Assembly (NCBI GenBank): GCA_012719135.1
Contig: JAAYAW010000003.1
Coordinates: 819-64,818 of the forward strand
Direction of reading: 5' to 3'
DNA from: Chloroflexota bacterium
Lineage (GTDB): Bacteria > Chloroflexota > Anaerolineae > UBA1429
DNA: 64,000 nucleotides
The notes under the pieces are model-generated. The model was given only the letters and a program-made list of their open reading frames with translations. It was not told the origin of the DNA and ran no database searches. This document shows positions 26,286 through 36,279 of the stretch, piece by piece. The position numbers and the translations under genes were made by a program. Position 1 is the stretch's first letter. The number at the start of each line of letters is the position of its first letter.

Positions 26286-27278
26286 TCAGGCCAGGATGCG
26301 CTCGATCTGCTCGAGTTCGTCGCTGGTAAAGCTCAGTTTGCTCAGCCCAGCCACGTTCTCCTCGATCTGTCCGACCTTGCTGGCGCCTACCAGCGCCGAA
26401 GTCACCGCCGGCTGGCGCAGAACCCAGGCGATTGCCATCTGGGCGAGGGTCTGGCCGCGTTCCTGGGCCATCTCGTTGAGCCGCTCGATTCGTTCAACGC
26501 GCTCCGGCGTGATGGCGCTGGGGCGCAGGAAGCCCACCTGGCCGGCTGCGCGAGAGTCTGGCGGGATGTTGCCACCGAGGTACCGGCTGGTGAGCATCCC
26601 CTGGGCCAGCGGCGAAAACACGATACACCCGACGCCCTCCCGCTCCAGAGTGCCGAGCAGGTGCGGCTCCACCCAACGGTTGAACATATTGTAGGTGGGC
26701 TGTTCGATGAGGCAGGGCGTTCCCAGCCGGCGCAAGATGGCAATGGCTTCAGCGGCCGCATCGTGAGGATAGTTGGAGATGCCCGCATAGAGCGCACGGC
26801 CGGAGCGGACGATATAGTCCAGCGCGCCCATGGTCTCCTCGAGGGGCGTGTCCGGATCGGGGCGATGGTGGTAGAAGATGTCGACATAATCGACGCCCAT
26901 CCGCTTGAGGCTCTGGTCGCAGCTCGCCACCAGATACTTGCGCGAGCCCCAGTCGCCATAGGGCCCGGGCCACATGGAGTAGCCGGCCTTACTGGAGAGA
27001 ATCAGCTCATCGCGATAGGGCGCCAGATCAAGACGGTAGATCTTCCCAAAAGCCTCCTCGGCAGAGCCGGGCGGCGGGCCGTAGTTGTTGGCCAGATCAA
27101 AGTGGGTGACGCCCAGGTCAAAGGCGCGGCGCACGATGGCACGGCCGTTCTCGAAAGAGTCGACCCCGCCAAAGTTGTGCCACAATCCCAGAGAGATCGC
27201 TGGCAGACGGATACCGCTTCTGCCGCAGCGCCGGAAAGGCATGCTCTCATAACGTACAGAGGCGGCTTGGTATGGCAT
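26286..27278 (-). CDS. Aldo/keto reductase, L-glyceraldehyde-3-phosphate reductase (YghZ/Gpr)-like
   Basis: RRCGRSGIRLPAISLGLWHNFG is a YghZ-type N-terminus. I chose the start at ATG 27278 with GGAGG RBS. Confidence 0.85.
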   Translation of the reverse strand: MPYQAASVRYESMPFRRCGRSGIRLPAISLGLWHNFGGVDSFENGRAIVRRAFDLGVTHFDLANNYGPPPGSAEEAFGKIYRLDLAPYRDELILSSKAGYSMWPGPYGDWGSRKYLVASCDQSLKRMGVDYVDIFYHHRPDPDTPLEETMGALDYIVRSGRALYAGISNYPHDAAAEAIAILRRLGTPCLIEQPTYNMFNRWVEPHLLGTLEREGVGCIVFSPLAQGMLTSRYLGGNIPPDSRAAGQVGFLRPSAITPERVERIERLNEMAQERGQTLAQMAIAWVLRQPAVTSALVGASKVGQIEENVAGLSKLSFTSDELEQIERILA

Positions 27279-27377
27279 GGGAGCCTCCATCACTCTTGTG
27301 ACCGATCACCGCACGTGCTGCAAGGGGACGCGCCCCCAATATAGCGGGGGACTGGGCGCTCCGCAAGCGCGAGTGAA

Positions 27378-27794
27378 TCAACCCTGCCGGCCCGGGCGCG
27401 TGAGGATGTGTGCGGAGACGGCTAGAGCAACGGCCACCAGTCCCAGCCGCACGTGCAGGTGATCCATGCGCCATGCAGAGTACAGTATGACGCCCCAGAG
27501 CATGGCGATGCTGATGGCCTTGGTTCTCAATGGCACGCCGCGACCCTCGTAATAGTCGCGGAGGTACTCCCCGAACAGCCGGTTTGTCAGCAGCCAGCGG
27601 TGAAAGCGGTCCGATCCGCGGGCGTAGCACCCTGCCGTCAGCAGCAGGAAGGGTGTGGTGGGCAGCACGGGGACGAGGACGCCGATTGCGCCGATCAGCA
27701 GAAAGATCGATCCAAGCACCACCCAGAGCGCTCGGCCCGGTGACGAGCACCCGCTGGGTACGGGTGCCCCCGGGCTATCGCCCGGCACCGGCAC
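27378..27794 (-). CDS. DUF454/YbaN-family inner-membrane protein
   Basis: VLVPVLPTTPFLLLTAGCYARGSDRFHRWLL is a YbaN hallmark. The start is uncertain; a GTG near 27794 is preceded by GAGGGAAAG. It may overlap the pdxA-family stop. Confidence 0.6.
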   Translation of the reverse strand: MPVPGDSPGAPVPSGCSSPGRALWVVLGSIFLLIGAIGVLVPVLPTTPFLLLTAGCYARGSDRFHRWLLTNRLFGEYLRDYYEGRGVPLRTKAISIAMLWGVILYSAWRMDHLHVRLGLVAVALAVSAHILTRPGRQG

Positions 27795-28797
27795 GCTTTC
27801 CCTCTGCCAGTTGCGCGGCCAGCTTGAGCGCTTCGACCATGCTCTCCTGGTCTGCGACGCCCTTCCAGGCGATGTCAAAGGCCGTGCCGTGGTCCACCGA
27901 GGTGCGGATGACCGGCAGGCCCAGGGTCACCGTGATGCTGCGCTCAAAGCCGTGCGTCTTGATGGGGATATGACCCTGGTCATGGAACATGGCGACGACG
28001 ACGTCAAACTCGCCGCGGATGGCGCGGAAGAACACCGAGTCCGCGGGGATAGGCCCCACCGCCTCGACGTCCTGCGCCAGGGCATCGACCACCGCCGGGG
28101 TGATCGCATCGATCTCCTCGCGGCCCATCAGGCCCTCATCTCCGCCGTGCGGGTTCAACGCCGCCACCGCGATGCGTGGCCGGGCGATGCCCATCTGCTG
28201 CAGCCCGGCGTGGGTGAGCATGATCGTCTCCAGCACGTTCTCGCGGGTGATCAGGCTGGCAACCTGCGCCAGCGGCACGTGCCGCGTCACGTGGACCACC
28301 CGCAGGCCAGTCGTGGCCAGCATGGTGGTGACCTCTGGACTGCCGAGAAGAGAGGCGAGCAGTTCGGTGTGCCCGATAAAGGGAATCCCGGCAGCCTTGA
28401 GGGCCGCCTTGTTGAGGGGCCCTGTCGCCATCGCCTCGGCCTCGCCGGCCTGGCACAGGGCCGTGGCTCTTTCGATATACTCTACCGCTGCTCGCGCGCA
28501 CGCCGCAGACACGTCTCCCGGCTCCACGTCTTCTGCCTGCAGCACGCCGCAGTCGAGCACGTCCGGCGCTTGAGGATCAAAGGTAGCCTCGGAGAGCCGC
28601 TCGATCGCCCTGAAGGGTGGGGCGCCCACGAGGGCCGCGGCGCGGTTGAGGATCGAGAGCCCGCCCACCACGATCGGGCGGCATATCGCCCAGATCTGTT
28701 GATTCATGAGTGCCTTGGCAGTCACTTCGGGCCCCACTCCAGCGGGGTCGCCCATGGTGATCACGATGATGGGCAGTTGGGCGGTCTCTTGTGGCAT
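27775..28797 (-). CDS. PdxA-family NAD-dependent 4-hydroxythreonine-4-phosphate / 4-phospho-threonate dehydrogenase
   Basis: ITMGDPAGVGPE at the N-terminus, plus HGGDEG and FHDQGHIPIK, are PdxA motifs. I chose the start at ATG 28797 with AGGAGAA RBS. Confidence 0.8.
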   Translation of the reverse strand: MPQETAQLPIIVITMGDPAGVGPEVTAKALMNQQIWAICRPIVVGGLSILNRAAALVGAPPFRAIERLSEATFDPQAPDVLDCGVLQAEDVEPGDVSAACARAAVEYIERATALCQAGEAEAMATGPLNKAALKAAGIPFIGHTELLASLLGSPEVTTMLATTGLRVVHVTRHVPLAQVASLITRENVLETIMLTHAGLQQMGIARPRIAVAALNPHGGDEGLMGREEIDAITPAVVDALAQDVEAVGPIPADSVFFRAIRGEFDVVVAMFHDQGHIPIKTHGFERSITVTLGLPVIRTSVDHGTAFDIAWKGVADQESMVEALKLAAQLAEGKRAGAGR

Positions 28798-28906
28798 GCT
28801 ATTCTCCTGGGCCAATCGGCTGGCAGGCCTGGTGTGGTGAGCGCACGGGTACCGGATCATTATCCAGTCGCTGATGGGGGGTGTCAAAAAAGGCCGGATC
28901 CGTGGA

Positions 28907-29746
28907 CTACGGTGCGGGAGACTCGCTTTGTGCGCTGCGGACGCGCCCCCGTAGCCGCAGGGCACCCAGGCTCACAAGGTAGCCTGTGCCTGCCACCAGG
29001 ATGATGGTTGCGCCTGACGTCAGGTTGAGGTGGAACGAGAGCGCCAGGCCGATGATCACAAAGAGCGCACTGAGAGAGCCTGCCGCAACCATGGCCATCT
29101 TGACATCCTTCACCCAGTCCACGGCGATGGCCGCCGGCATCGTCAGCAGGGCGATCACCATGATCAGGCCCACCACGCGCATCATCATGACCACCGCAAG
29201 GGCGATGAGCGCCACCATGGCCAGGTGCATGGCCTGCACTGGCACTCCACGCGTAAGCGCGTAGCCTTCATCGAAGGAGCTGGCCACGAGCTCTTTGAAG
29301 AAGAGTACCACGAACAACAGGATCACGGCGTTCAGCGCGAGCATGAGCCACAGGTAACTGGGTGGGACCGCCAGGATGCTTCCAAAGAGATAGCTCATCA
29401 GATCGGGCTTGTACCCCGGCGTCACGTCGATCAGCACAATGCCCGTGGCCATGCCGAGGGCCCAGAGCACGCCGATGACCGTATCCGCCCGCTGGCGGGC
29501 GCGCAGTTCCACCAGCCCCATTGCCAGGGCCGATATGAGGCTGAACCCCACCGCACCGAGCAGTGGATCGATCCCCAGGTAGAATCCCAGCCCGATCCCG
29601 CCGTAGGCCGCGTGGGCGATCCCTCCGCTCAGAAACACGATGCGACGGAGCACCACGAGGGTGCCCACGATGCCGCAGGCGACGCTCACGAGCAGGCCGG
29701 CCCAAAGCGCGTTCCGGAAGAACTCGAACTGGAGGGCCTCGATCAT
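28907..29746 (-). CDS. znuB: Metal (Zn/Mn) ABC transporter permease, ABC-3 family
   Basis: About 8 TM segments. Its start is overlapped by the upstream ATPase gene's stop. Confidence 0.85.
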   Translation of the reverse strand: MIEALQFEFFRNALWAGLLVSVACGIVGTLVVLRRIVFLSGGIAHAAYGGIGLGFYLGIDPLLGAVGFSLISALAMGLVELRARQRADTVIGVLWALGMATGIVLIDVTPGYKPDLMSYLFGSILAVPPSYLWLMLALNAVILLFVVLFFKELVASSFDEGYALTRGVPVQAMHLAMVALIALAVVMMMRVVGLIMVIALLTMPAAIAVDWVKDVKMAMVAAGSLSALFVIIGLALSFHLNLTSGATIILVAGTGYLVSLGALRLRGRVRSAQSESPAP

Positions 29747-30585
29747 GGCTGAACCTCATGAAGGTGTGCTCGGCGCGGGTCCGGGCAGGGCAGTCCCTCC
29801 GCCGCCACCTCGGCCGGGCAGCGGTAGCTTTCGCGGATTGCGGCCGGCGCACACCCGGGCTCGCCATAGTAGGCCAGTTGCCGGTTCAGGTAGCCGATGG
29901 TATCGATCCGGGGGAGGAGCGCGCCGATATCGTGCGTACTCATCACGATGGTCATCTGGTGCGCCAGCGAAACCATCAGTCCCTCGATCAACTCGCGGGC
30001 CTCTGGATCGATGTTGGCCAGCGGTTCGTCGAGCAACAGGACGCGGGGCTGGGAGGCCAGCGCACGAGCGATGTACACCCGCTGTCGCTCGCCCCCGGAG
30101 AGCGAGCCGATCGGGCGGTTGCGCAGATGATGGACATTCACCTTTTCCATAGCCTCATCCACGATCTCGCCATCCTGAGCGGTGTATCGCCGGAGAAGAC
30201 CGCGCCGCCCGAGGCGACCCATCCGGGCCACCTCCCACGCGGTCACGGGGAAATCGCGATCGAAGCGGATGTCCTGTGGCACATAGGCGATGTTGTGCCG
30301 CTCCTCACTGATCGCGTGGCCGCGGACGCGTACACTCCCGTGCAGGGGCTCGATCAAGCCGACGATCACCTTGAGGAGCGTCGTCTTGCCGCCGCCATTG
30401 GGCCCCACCAGCGCGACGAACTCGCCCGGTACGATCTCCAGGCTCACGTCCTCGAGCACGACGGTCTGGTCATAGGCGGCAGAGACGTGGTCCAGGCCCA
30501 CGGCGATATCGGGCTGCACGTCCTGGCGCGGCGCGGCAGGACCATCTGGCGGGCCTTGCGTCGATCGAGTTGTCATACCGGTCAC
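29743..30585 (-). CDS. znuC: Metal ABC transporter ATP-binding protein
   Basis: Walker A GPNGGGKTT, signature LSGGERQR and Walker B LLLDEP are present. Confidence 0.85.
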   Translation of the reverse strand: MTGMTTRSTQGPPDGPAAPRQDVQPDIAVGLDHVSAAYDQTVVLEDVSLEIVPGEFVALVGPNGGGKTTLLKVIVGLIEPLHGSVRVRGHAISEERHNIAYVPQDIRFDRDFPVTAWEVARMGRLGRRGLLRRYTAQDGEIVDEAMEKVNVHHLRNRPIGSLSGGERQRVYIARALASQPRVLLLDEPLANIDPEARELIEGLMVSLAHQMTIVMSTHDIGALLPRIDTIGYLNRQLAYYGEPGCAPAAIRESYRCPAEVAAEGLPCPDPRRAHLHEVQP

Positions 30586-31502
30586 TCCAGGGCCTGCGCG
30601 ATAGTGGCAGCGACGCGGCGCATGTTCTCCAGCCAGTCGGGCGCCAGCGGGCTTACCAGGAGAACCTCTCCATCGATTTCGCGTGCAATGGTTCCTGCTG
30701 CGGTGGTGCTGAACTCGGGTTGGGCCAGCACCACGCGGATGCCGCGCTCCCGGGCCAGGGTGATCACCGCGGCCAGTTCGGCGGCGCTGGGTTCCTGGCC
30801 TCCCACCTCCACCGCTACCTGCTCCAGGCCATAATCCTCGGCAAAATAGGCCCAGGAAGGATGGAAGACGAGAAACTCGCGGCGTGCCTTGTCCCTGAGC
30901 ATCGCGCGGATGTCCGCATCCAGGGCATCGATGTCCGCGAGCAGCGCGGCCAGGTTCTCGTCATACCTCGCCGCGTGGGCTGGATCGCGGCTTACCAGGG
31001 CGTTGCGCACCGTGCTGGCCTGGGTTCGCACGATCCGAGGCGAGAGCCAGATGTGCGGATCCAGGGTAGCCTCATCGTCTGCCGTTTCGCCGCCCTCATC
31101 GTCGTGCGAGTGACCGGCCGCCATCGGCAGCCGTTCGATCCCCGCGGCGGTATCTACCACATGCAACTGCGGATTGGCCGATAGGAAGCGATCCATCCAG
31201 ACCTGCTCAAAGGATTCGCCGACGGTAAAGTATAGCTGAGCTGCGGAGAGGGCGCGCATCTGGGCCGGTGAGGGTTCAAAGGTGTGCGGGTCGGCCCCGG
31301 CGGGCACCAGTACGGTGACTTGTACATGCTCTTCGCCGATGCGCTCCAACAGGTAGCGCTGCGGGGCGATGCTGACCATCACCTGCAACGGCCCGTCAAG
31401 GGCCTCGGAGCGCCCAGGGGCGTCGGAGGTTCGGCATCCTGCGGCCAGTGCGACAAGAACCAGGGCACACAGTAGCGCGTGCCAAGATCGGGATATCGCC
31501 AT
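30582..31502 (-). CDS. znuA: Metal ABC transporter substrate-binding lipoprotein (TroA/ZnuA cluster-9) with an acidic/His loop
   Basis: The lipobox is LAAGC. AAGHSHDDEGGETADDEATLDPH is a ZnuA-type flexible loop. I chose the start at ATG 31502 with GGAGGAGAT RBS. Confidence 0.8.
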   Translation of the reverse strand: MAISRSWHALLCALVLVALAAGCRTSDAPGRSEALDGPLQVMVSIAPQRYLLERIGEEHVQVTVLVPAGADPHTFEPSPAQMRALSAAQLYFTVGESFEQVWMDRFLSANPQLHVVDTAAGIERLPMAAGHSHDDEGGETADDEATLDPHIWLSPRIVRTQASTVRNALVSRDPAHAARYDENLAALLADIDALDADIRAMLRDKARREFLVFHPSWAYFAEDYGLEQVAVEVGGQEPSAAELAAVITLARERGIRVVLAQPEFSTTAAGTIAREIDGEVLLVSPLAPDWLENMRRVAATIAQALE

Positions 31503-31620
31503 GATCTCCTCGGGTGGGACGCTGGGAACGTTCCTGTACGATATCACCGGGGCAGGGGGCTGTCAAAGGCGGCCGCCACACGGCCACAACCAGGCCGCCG
31601 CCGAGGCCTATCGCCAGGCC

Positions 31621-33186
31621 TTACGAGGCGTATCCGGCGCTGAACCAGTCAAAGGTGACGAGATCGTTGCCCATCTTCCATCGGACCGGGCAGGCGTTGA
31701 CGAGCCAGTCCAGCGGCTCGGCCAGTTGCAGCGGACGAGAGGCATTCCCAAAGGCGGAACGCAGGGCGCTCTGTTGGGCCTCGGCGGGAGTACCCCTACC
31801 GGGCACGACGAAGAAGGAGATCCCGCTGTTGGATTGCAGCCGCAGCCACTGCTCGTTGAGGCTCCAGGGAATGCTAGTGTCGAGCCGGACGGGACTGGTC
31901 TCTGCGGCGTAGAGGATGCCATGCTGAAAGCCGCGGAACGCCAGGGCGCCCAGCGCGCCGCCGCGCGTATCTTCCCAGCGCTCATAGGAGATGTTCGGCG
32001 CCAACCTCTGCAGGTGTACGTGTCCCGAAGCCAGGTGGCTGCAGGTTCCGGCGCCAGCGATGATGGTATCCGGGCCTGACGCCGCGCGTATGGTACGGTA
32101 GAGCTCGGACAGCGTCTCGGCGGTGGTCCGCCGCGGGTTGGCAAAGCGAACCCCCACGGCTCCGCGCCCGGTGCCATGCAGGATCTCGGGGATCATGTCG
32201 CCGTAGCGGATAAACTCAAAGCCACGCGCCCGGGCTTGAGCCACCAGGTCGCCGATGCGCTCGATCGCTTCGGGCTGTGTCGGATCCAGCACGTGGCCTC
32301 CGCCGGCCGCAGCGGAGCGTTCCGGTGCCAAGCACAGGGGCGCCAGACTGGGGTCGTCCGTGAGCAAGGGATGAAGCCAGAGCCCGGGGCGGCACCCTCG
32401 CTCTGCGATTCCGGCGGCCAGAGCGGCGAGATCTCCATAGGCACTGCCGGCGTGGAGGTCGGCATCCTGCAATCCGCTGCGCTCAGGGAGGCCACGGCCC
32501 ACCACGCATACGGGGCGGTTGACCGTGTTCTCGGCGAGATCCGCCAGCAGGCTGGCCTGTTGGAGGGCCTGGGCCTGGGTCCACTCACCGGATCGGCTGA
32601 GATCCAGAGCAAAGCCATAGATCACCTGCCCTGGCGTGATTCCATCCCTGTTCAGGAGGCTCACAAAGCGTCGCGCGGCCTCAAAGGGCACCTCCCACAC
32701 GCGACCCATGCGTACAACCACCTCGGCCAGCGCTATCTCGCGATCCTCTGGTTCGAGGGGCTCTGTTCCACTGCGAACATCCAGCCACAGATTGGCGCCG
32801 TATGGGTCCAACTGCCAGTGGCACAGTGCGGAGGCGCCGGTGCGCACGCCGATTCCGTGGGTATGCTGGCCATCATACGCCAGAAAACTCCATGGCATGA
32901 CGCGGTCCGGTGCCAGGGCGCGCCATTCGAGGTCGCTGCCGTTCCCGGGCCAGGCATCGCAGAGGTAGCGCAGGCCCTCGGGCACGACGTCGTTCCAGCG
33001 CAAGCGGAGACGGGACACGGGCCTGCTGGCCCTCAGCGCCACTCGCAACCTGTCGCTCTCTAGCACGGTATGGAGGGCGATCCCGTGCCCCGAGAACGCC
33101 GCCCCCTCGCTGGAGAGCGCAATAGGATCGTCTCGCTCAAAGGCGGTCACATGGTCCGGCGCGCGCAAAAGGTCAAAGGCTGGCAT
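31621..33186 (-). CDS. Hypothetical 521-aa protein, possibly a glycoside-hydrolase-like (alpha-galactosidase-type) TIM barrel
   Basis: There is no signal peptide. The weak resemblance (D..GFEFIR.GD) was judged by eye only. It lies upstream of znuA on the same strand. Confidence 0.3.
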   Translation of the reverse strand: MPAFDLLRAPDHVTAFERDDPIALSSEGAAFSGHGIALHTVLESDRLRVALRASRPVSRLRLRWNDVVPEGLRYLCDAWPGNGSDLEWRALAPDRVMPWSFLAYDGQHTHGIGVRTGASALCHWQLDPYGANLWLDVRSGTEPLEPEDREIALAEVVVRMGRVWEVPFEAARRFVSLLNRDGITPGQVIYGFALDLSRSGEWTQAQALQQASLLADLAENTVNRPVCVVGRGLPERSGLQDADLHAGSAYGDLAALAAGIAERGCRPGLWLHPLLTDDPSLAPLCLAPERSAAAGGGHVLDPTQPEAIERIGDLVAQARARGFEFIRYGDMIPEILHGTGRGAVGVRFANPRRTTAETLSELYRTIRAASGPDTIIAGAGTCSHLASGHVHLQRLAPNISYERWEDTRGGALGALAFRGFQHGILYAAETSPVRLDTSIPWSLNEQWLRLQSNSGISFFVVPGRGTPAEAQQSALRSAFGNASRPLQLAEPLDWLVNACPVRWKMGNDLVTFDWFSAGYAS

Positions 33187-33373
33187 GTGCTTACCCTACC
33201 GATAGAGGTTGGCTTGAGCCGCGCGTGGCACCCGCATTATCGGCCCATTGGGAGCCTGTGGCAACCAGGGCGGTGTGGCGCACGGGCCTTGGTCCGGTGG
33301 CTTCCTTCGGCTAGAATGCCTCGAACGATCACGGCGATCCCGGAATTTGCGGAACGCCGGAAGGAGGGGTTCG

Positions 33374-34069
33374 GTGCAGTTGCTTCTGATCCGCCATGGA
33401 GATCCGCACTATCCAACCGATTCGCTCACCGACCTGGGGCACACGGAGGCGAGGCGCCTGTCCCTGGCGCTGGACGCGTTCCCAATCGATGAGGTCTACA
33501 CCTCCACCATGGGGCGCGCCGCGCAGACCGCGGCCTACACCTCCGAGCGTCGCGGCCTGAATCCCATCCCGTGCGACTGGCTGCGCGAGTTGGACGGACG
33601 GTACGGCTCCAGCATACCCCCTCAAGAGTGGACGCTGGGAGATCCCTCGCCTTCGGCCTATGAGTTGCCGGCCGTGGATCTGCTGGCTCGCGCGGAGTTG
33701 TACAGCTACGAGCGCTGGGAACACGAGGTGCCCTACGGCCCCTGGATGCGCCCGCAGTGTGACGCTCTCTACGCAGGCTGCGATGCCGTCCTGGAAGGGG
33801 AAGGCTACCGGCGCTACGGGCTGCGCTATGCCGTGCGCGTGCCCAGCCAGCGGACCCTGGCGTTCTTCTGCCATGGCGGAGTCATCGCCGCGCTACTCTC
33901 GCGCCTGCTCTATATCGCGTTGCCTGTGGCTCTGCCGCTGTTCCAGCACGATACCACGGGCTTTTCGTTGCTCCGCACGGTGGAGGAGGGTGGGCACAGC
34001 GTCTTTCGGATGGTCTTTCTGAATAGCGTGGCTCACAAGGATCTCGCTGCCATCGTGAAGCATCCCTGA
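33374..34069 (+). CDS. Histidine phosphatase (phosphoglycerate-mutase-like) family protein
   Basis: LLLIRHGD is the RHG catalytic motif. I chose the start at GTG 33374 after AAGGAGG; the ORF-track start at 33248 is probably too far upstream. Confidence 0.7.
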   Translation: MQLLLIRHGDPHYPTDSLTDLGHTEARRLSLALDAFPIDEVYTSTMGRAAQTAAYTSERRGLNPIPCDWLRELDGRYGSSIPPQEWTLGDPSPSAYELPAVDLLARAELYSYERWEHEVPYGPWMRPQCDALYAGCDAVLEGEGYRRYGLRYAVRVPSQRTLAFFCHGGVIAALLSRLLYIALPVALPLFQHDTTGFSLLRTVEEGGHSVFRMVFLNSVAHKDLAAIVKHP

Positions 34070-34086
34070 GGTGCTCGCCGGCCCTG

Positions 34087-35331
34087 CTAGCCTGGCCGGT
34101 GCTCGGCCCGCCGGCTGCTCAAGCGGATGGTGGCGGGAGACGGGGCGCCGTCCGATCGTGTGGCCAACCAGCGAGGGGCCAGAAGATCGATCGCGCAGGC
34201 TCCCAAGGGCCCGGTGACCACAATCGCCAGTATCGAAAGGGCCAGGATCATGTCACCCGAGGGCAGCCCCATGGCCAGCGGCACGCCGCCGATGGCCGCC
34301 TGCACGGTAGCCTTGGGTGAGAGCGCGAGGGAGGCATAGGCCCGCTCCTTTGAGGACAGGGCGGTGCGCTGGAGCGCGAGGCCGGCGCCCAGCGCACGGC
34401 CGGCCAGCCCCACGGCGATCAGAGCCAGCCCCGGCATTCCTACCTGACCTATGGTCGCCAGGTCCGCCTTGGCGCCGATGGTGACAAAGAGCACGATCTG
34501 CACGATATACCACAGTCCCTCGAGATGGCGTGAGATCGCGGCGGTGTCCTCAGGGGCACGTTCCCGGATCAGCATGCCAGAGAGCACTACGGCGGCGTAC
34601 CCCGCTGCGCCCAGGCGCTCTCCTCCGAGCGCGATGCCGATGGTCGTGCAGAGCACCAGGCACAGGCGCTCCACCGGGCGCTGAAGAGGACCGCGGCGCA
34701 GCAAGAGCGCTAGCCCATAGCCCCCGGCTAGGCCGAGCAGGGCGCCGGCAGCCAATCGGAGAGGCACTTGGAGGAGTGCGGCCAGGTGAAGCGCCCCCTC
34801 ACCTGTGCCGGAGACGGCGGCTGCCAGCGCGCCAAACAGGGTGACGGCCAGCACGTTCTCTATGGAGGTGGCGGCCAGCACGATGGAGGGCACATGATGG
34901 TGGGCTCCGACGCCACGTGCCTGAAGGCTGAGCATGGCCGGTATGATGATCGCCGGCGCCGCGGAGGCCACGATCAGTGCGGCCATGGCGGCCTCTGCCG
35001 CGGGGAGGCGAAAGGCGATCCGCGTGCCCGCCAGGAGCAGCAGCGCCTCGAGCGCCAGCGGCCAGGTGCCCAGCAACCAGGTGGCTCGGCCCAAGCCATG
35101 CAGCCCGCTGCGGTCCAGGCCAATGCCAGCGCGCAGCAGGATCAGTATCAGCGCGAGGGCGCCAATATCGCCGGATAGCGCGAGGAAGGCAGGCGCGAGG
35201 ATCCCCAGGCCCGCATCGCCCAGGGCGATTCCGAGCACGATCAGCCCGAGCAGACCTGGGATGTGCCACCTCGCAAAGAGATGGCATACCAGCACCCCCA
35301 GGCCAAGCACCAGCACCGCGCTGACGAGCAA
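34087..35331 (-). CDS. Cation:proton antiporter (CPA1/CPA2 Na+/H+ exchanger)
   Basis: 414 aa with about 12 TM segments. The N-terminus MLVSAVLVLGLGVLVCHLFARWHIPGLLGLIVLGIALG is typical of KefB/NhaP-type antiporters. Confidence 0.75.
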   Translation of the reverse strand: MLVSAVLVLGLGVLVCHLFARWHIPGLLGLIVLGIALGDAGLGILAPAFLALSGDIGALALILILLRAGIGLDRSGLHGLGRATWLLGTWPLALEALLLLAGTRIAFRLPAAEAAMAALIVASAAPAIIIPAMLSLQARGVGAHHHVPSIVLAATSIENVLAVTLFGALAAAVSGTGEGALHLAALLQVPLRLAAGALLGLAGGYGLALLLRRGPLQRPVERLCLVLCTTIGIALGGERLGAAGYAAVVLSGMLIRERAPEDTAAISRHLEGLWYIVQIVLFVTIGAKADLATIGQVGMPGLALIAVGLAGRALGAGLALQRTALSSKERAYASLALSPKATVQAAIGGVPLAMGLPSGDMILALSILAIVVTGPLGACAIDLLAPRWLATRSDGAPSPATIRLSSRRAEHRPG

Positions 35332-35619
35332 CTCTTCCCTCGTGAGAGAAATCGGCGATTCGGCAGGTGTCAGCAGGCCGTGGCGCGGACCCCATCGAGA
35401 GCGAGGCGGCGTCCGGGGCGGTGTTGGCGAGCCCTGTCACGGCGGCAACTATAGGCGTGCGGCAGGGCCTCTGTCAACTCGGCGCCTTGGGATGCGGCAC
35501 GTATGCGGGGGACTTGGGCCGAGCCTACGCACTTGACAGATACGCTGCCACGAAGGCATGCTTGGTGATGCAGGCTGGCGACCCCGCCCGACGCGATTCC
35601 CGGATCGCCGGCTGATCCG

Positions 35620-36198
35620 ATGGAGGGTGCACAGGCCATGGGAACACTACCTACGCTCACGACAGCGCGTCTCGTGCTCCGGCCCTTTAGCCCTGGCGAT
35701 GCGCCGAGCGTGCGGGAGCTGGCTGGGGCGTACGAGGTGGCCGCATATACGCTGAGCATGCCGCACCCCTATCCTGAGGGTGCCGCGGAAGCCTGGATCG
35801 CCGGGCACGATGCGGCCTGGGAGGAGGGGCGCGAGGGAACCTGGGCCATCACCTGCCGTCCGGAGGGCAACCTGATGGGGGCCATCAGCCTGCGGCAGAA
35901 CGCGCAGCACCGCCACGCCGAGATCGGATACTGGATCACCGTCCCGCAATGGAACAAGGGCTTCATGACGGAGGCCGCACAGGCGGTTGTGGATTTTGGG
36001 TTTGCCGAGATGGGATTGATGCGAATCTATGCCACCCACTGTGCGCGCAACCCGGCCTCAGGGCGTGTGATGCAAAAGATAGGGATGAGCCGTGAGGGAG
36101 TACTTCGCCAGCATGTGCTTCGGTGGGGGGTTCCGCAGGACCTGGTCTACTATGGCATCCTTCGGGAGGAGTGGCAACGCGCCAGGGAGACCCGGTAG
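35620..36198 (+). CDS. GNAT N-acetyltransferase (RimJ/RimL-like)
   Basis: LVLRPFSPGDA...IGYWITVPQWNKGFMTEAAQAVVDFGF matches the Acetyltransf_3 pattern. Confidence 0.75.
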   Translation: MEGAQAMGTLPTLTTARLVLRPFSPGDAPSVRELAGAYEVAAYTLSMPHPYPEGAAEAWIAGHDAAWEEGREGTWAITCRPEGNLMGAISLRQNAQHRHAEIGYWITVPQWNKGFMTEAAQAVVDFGFAEMGLMRIYATHCARNPASGRVMQKIGMSREGVLRQHVLRWGVPQDLVYYGILREEWQRARETR

Positions 36199-36279
36199 CC
36201 GGCGGCCGGGGCCATCCCGGCACCGGTTGTGGCGCGACGAGCCGGTCGCCCGTACCGTGGGACGGCGCCCGCCTGGGGC

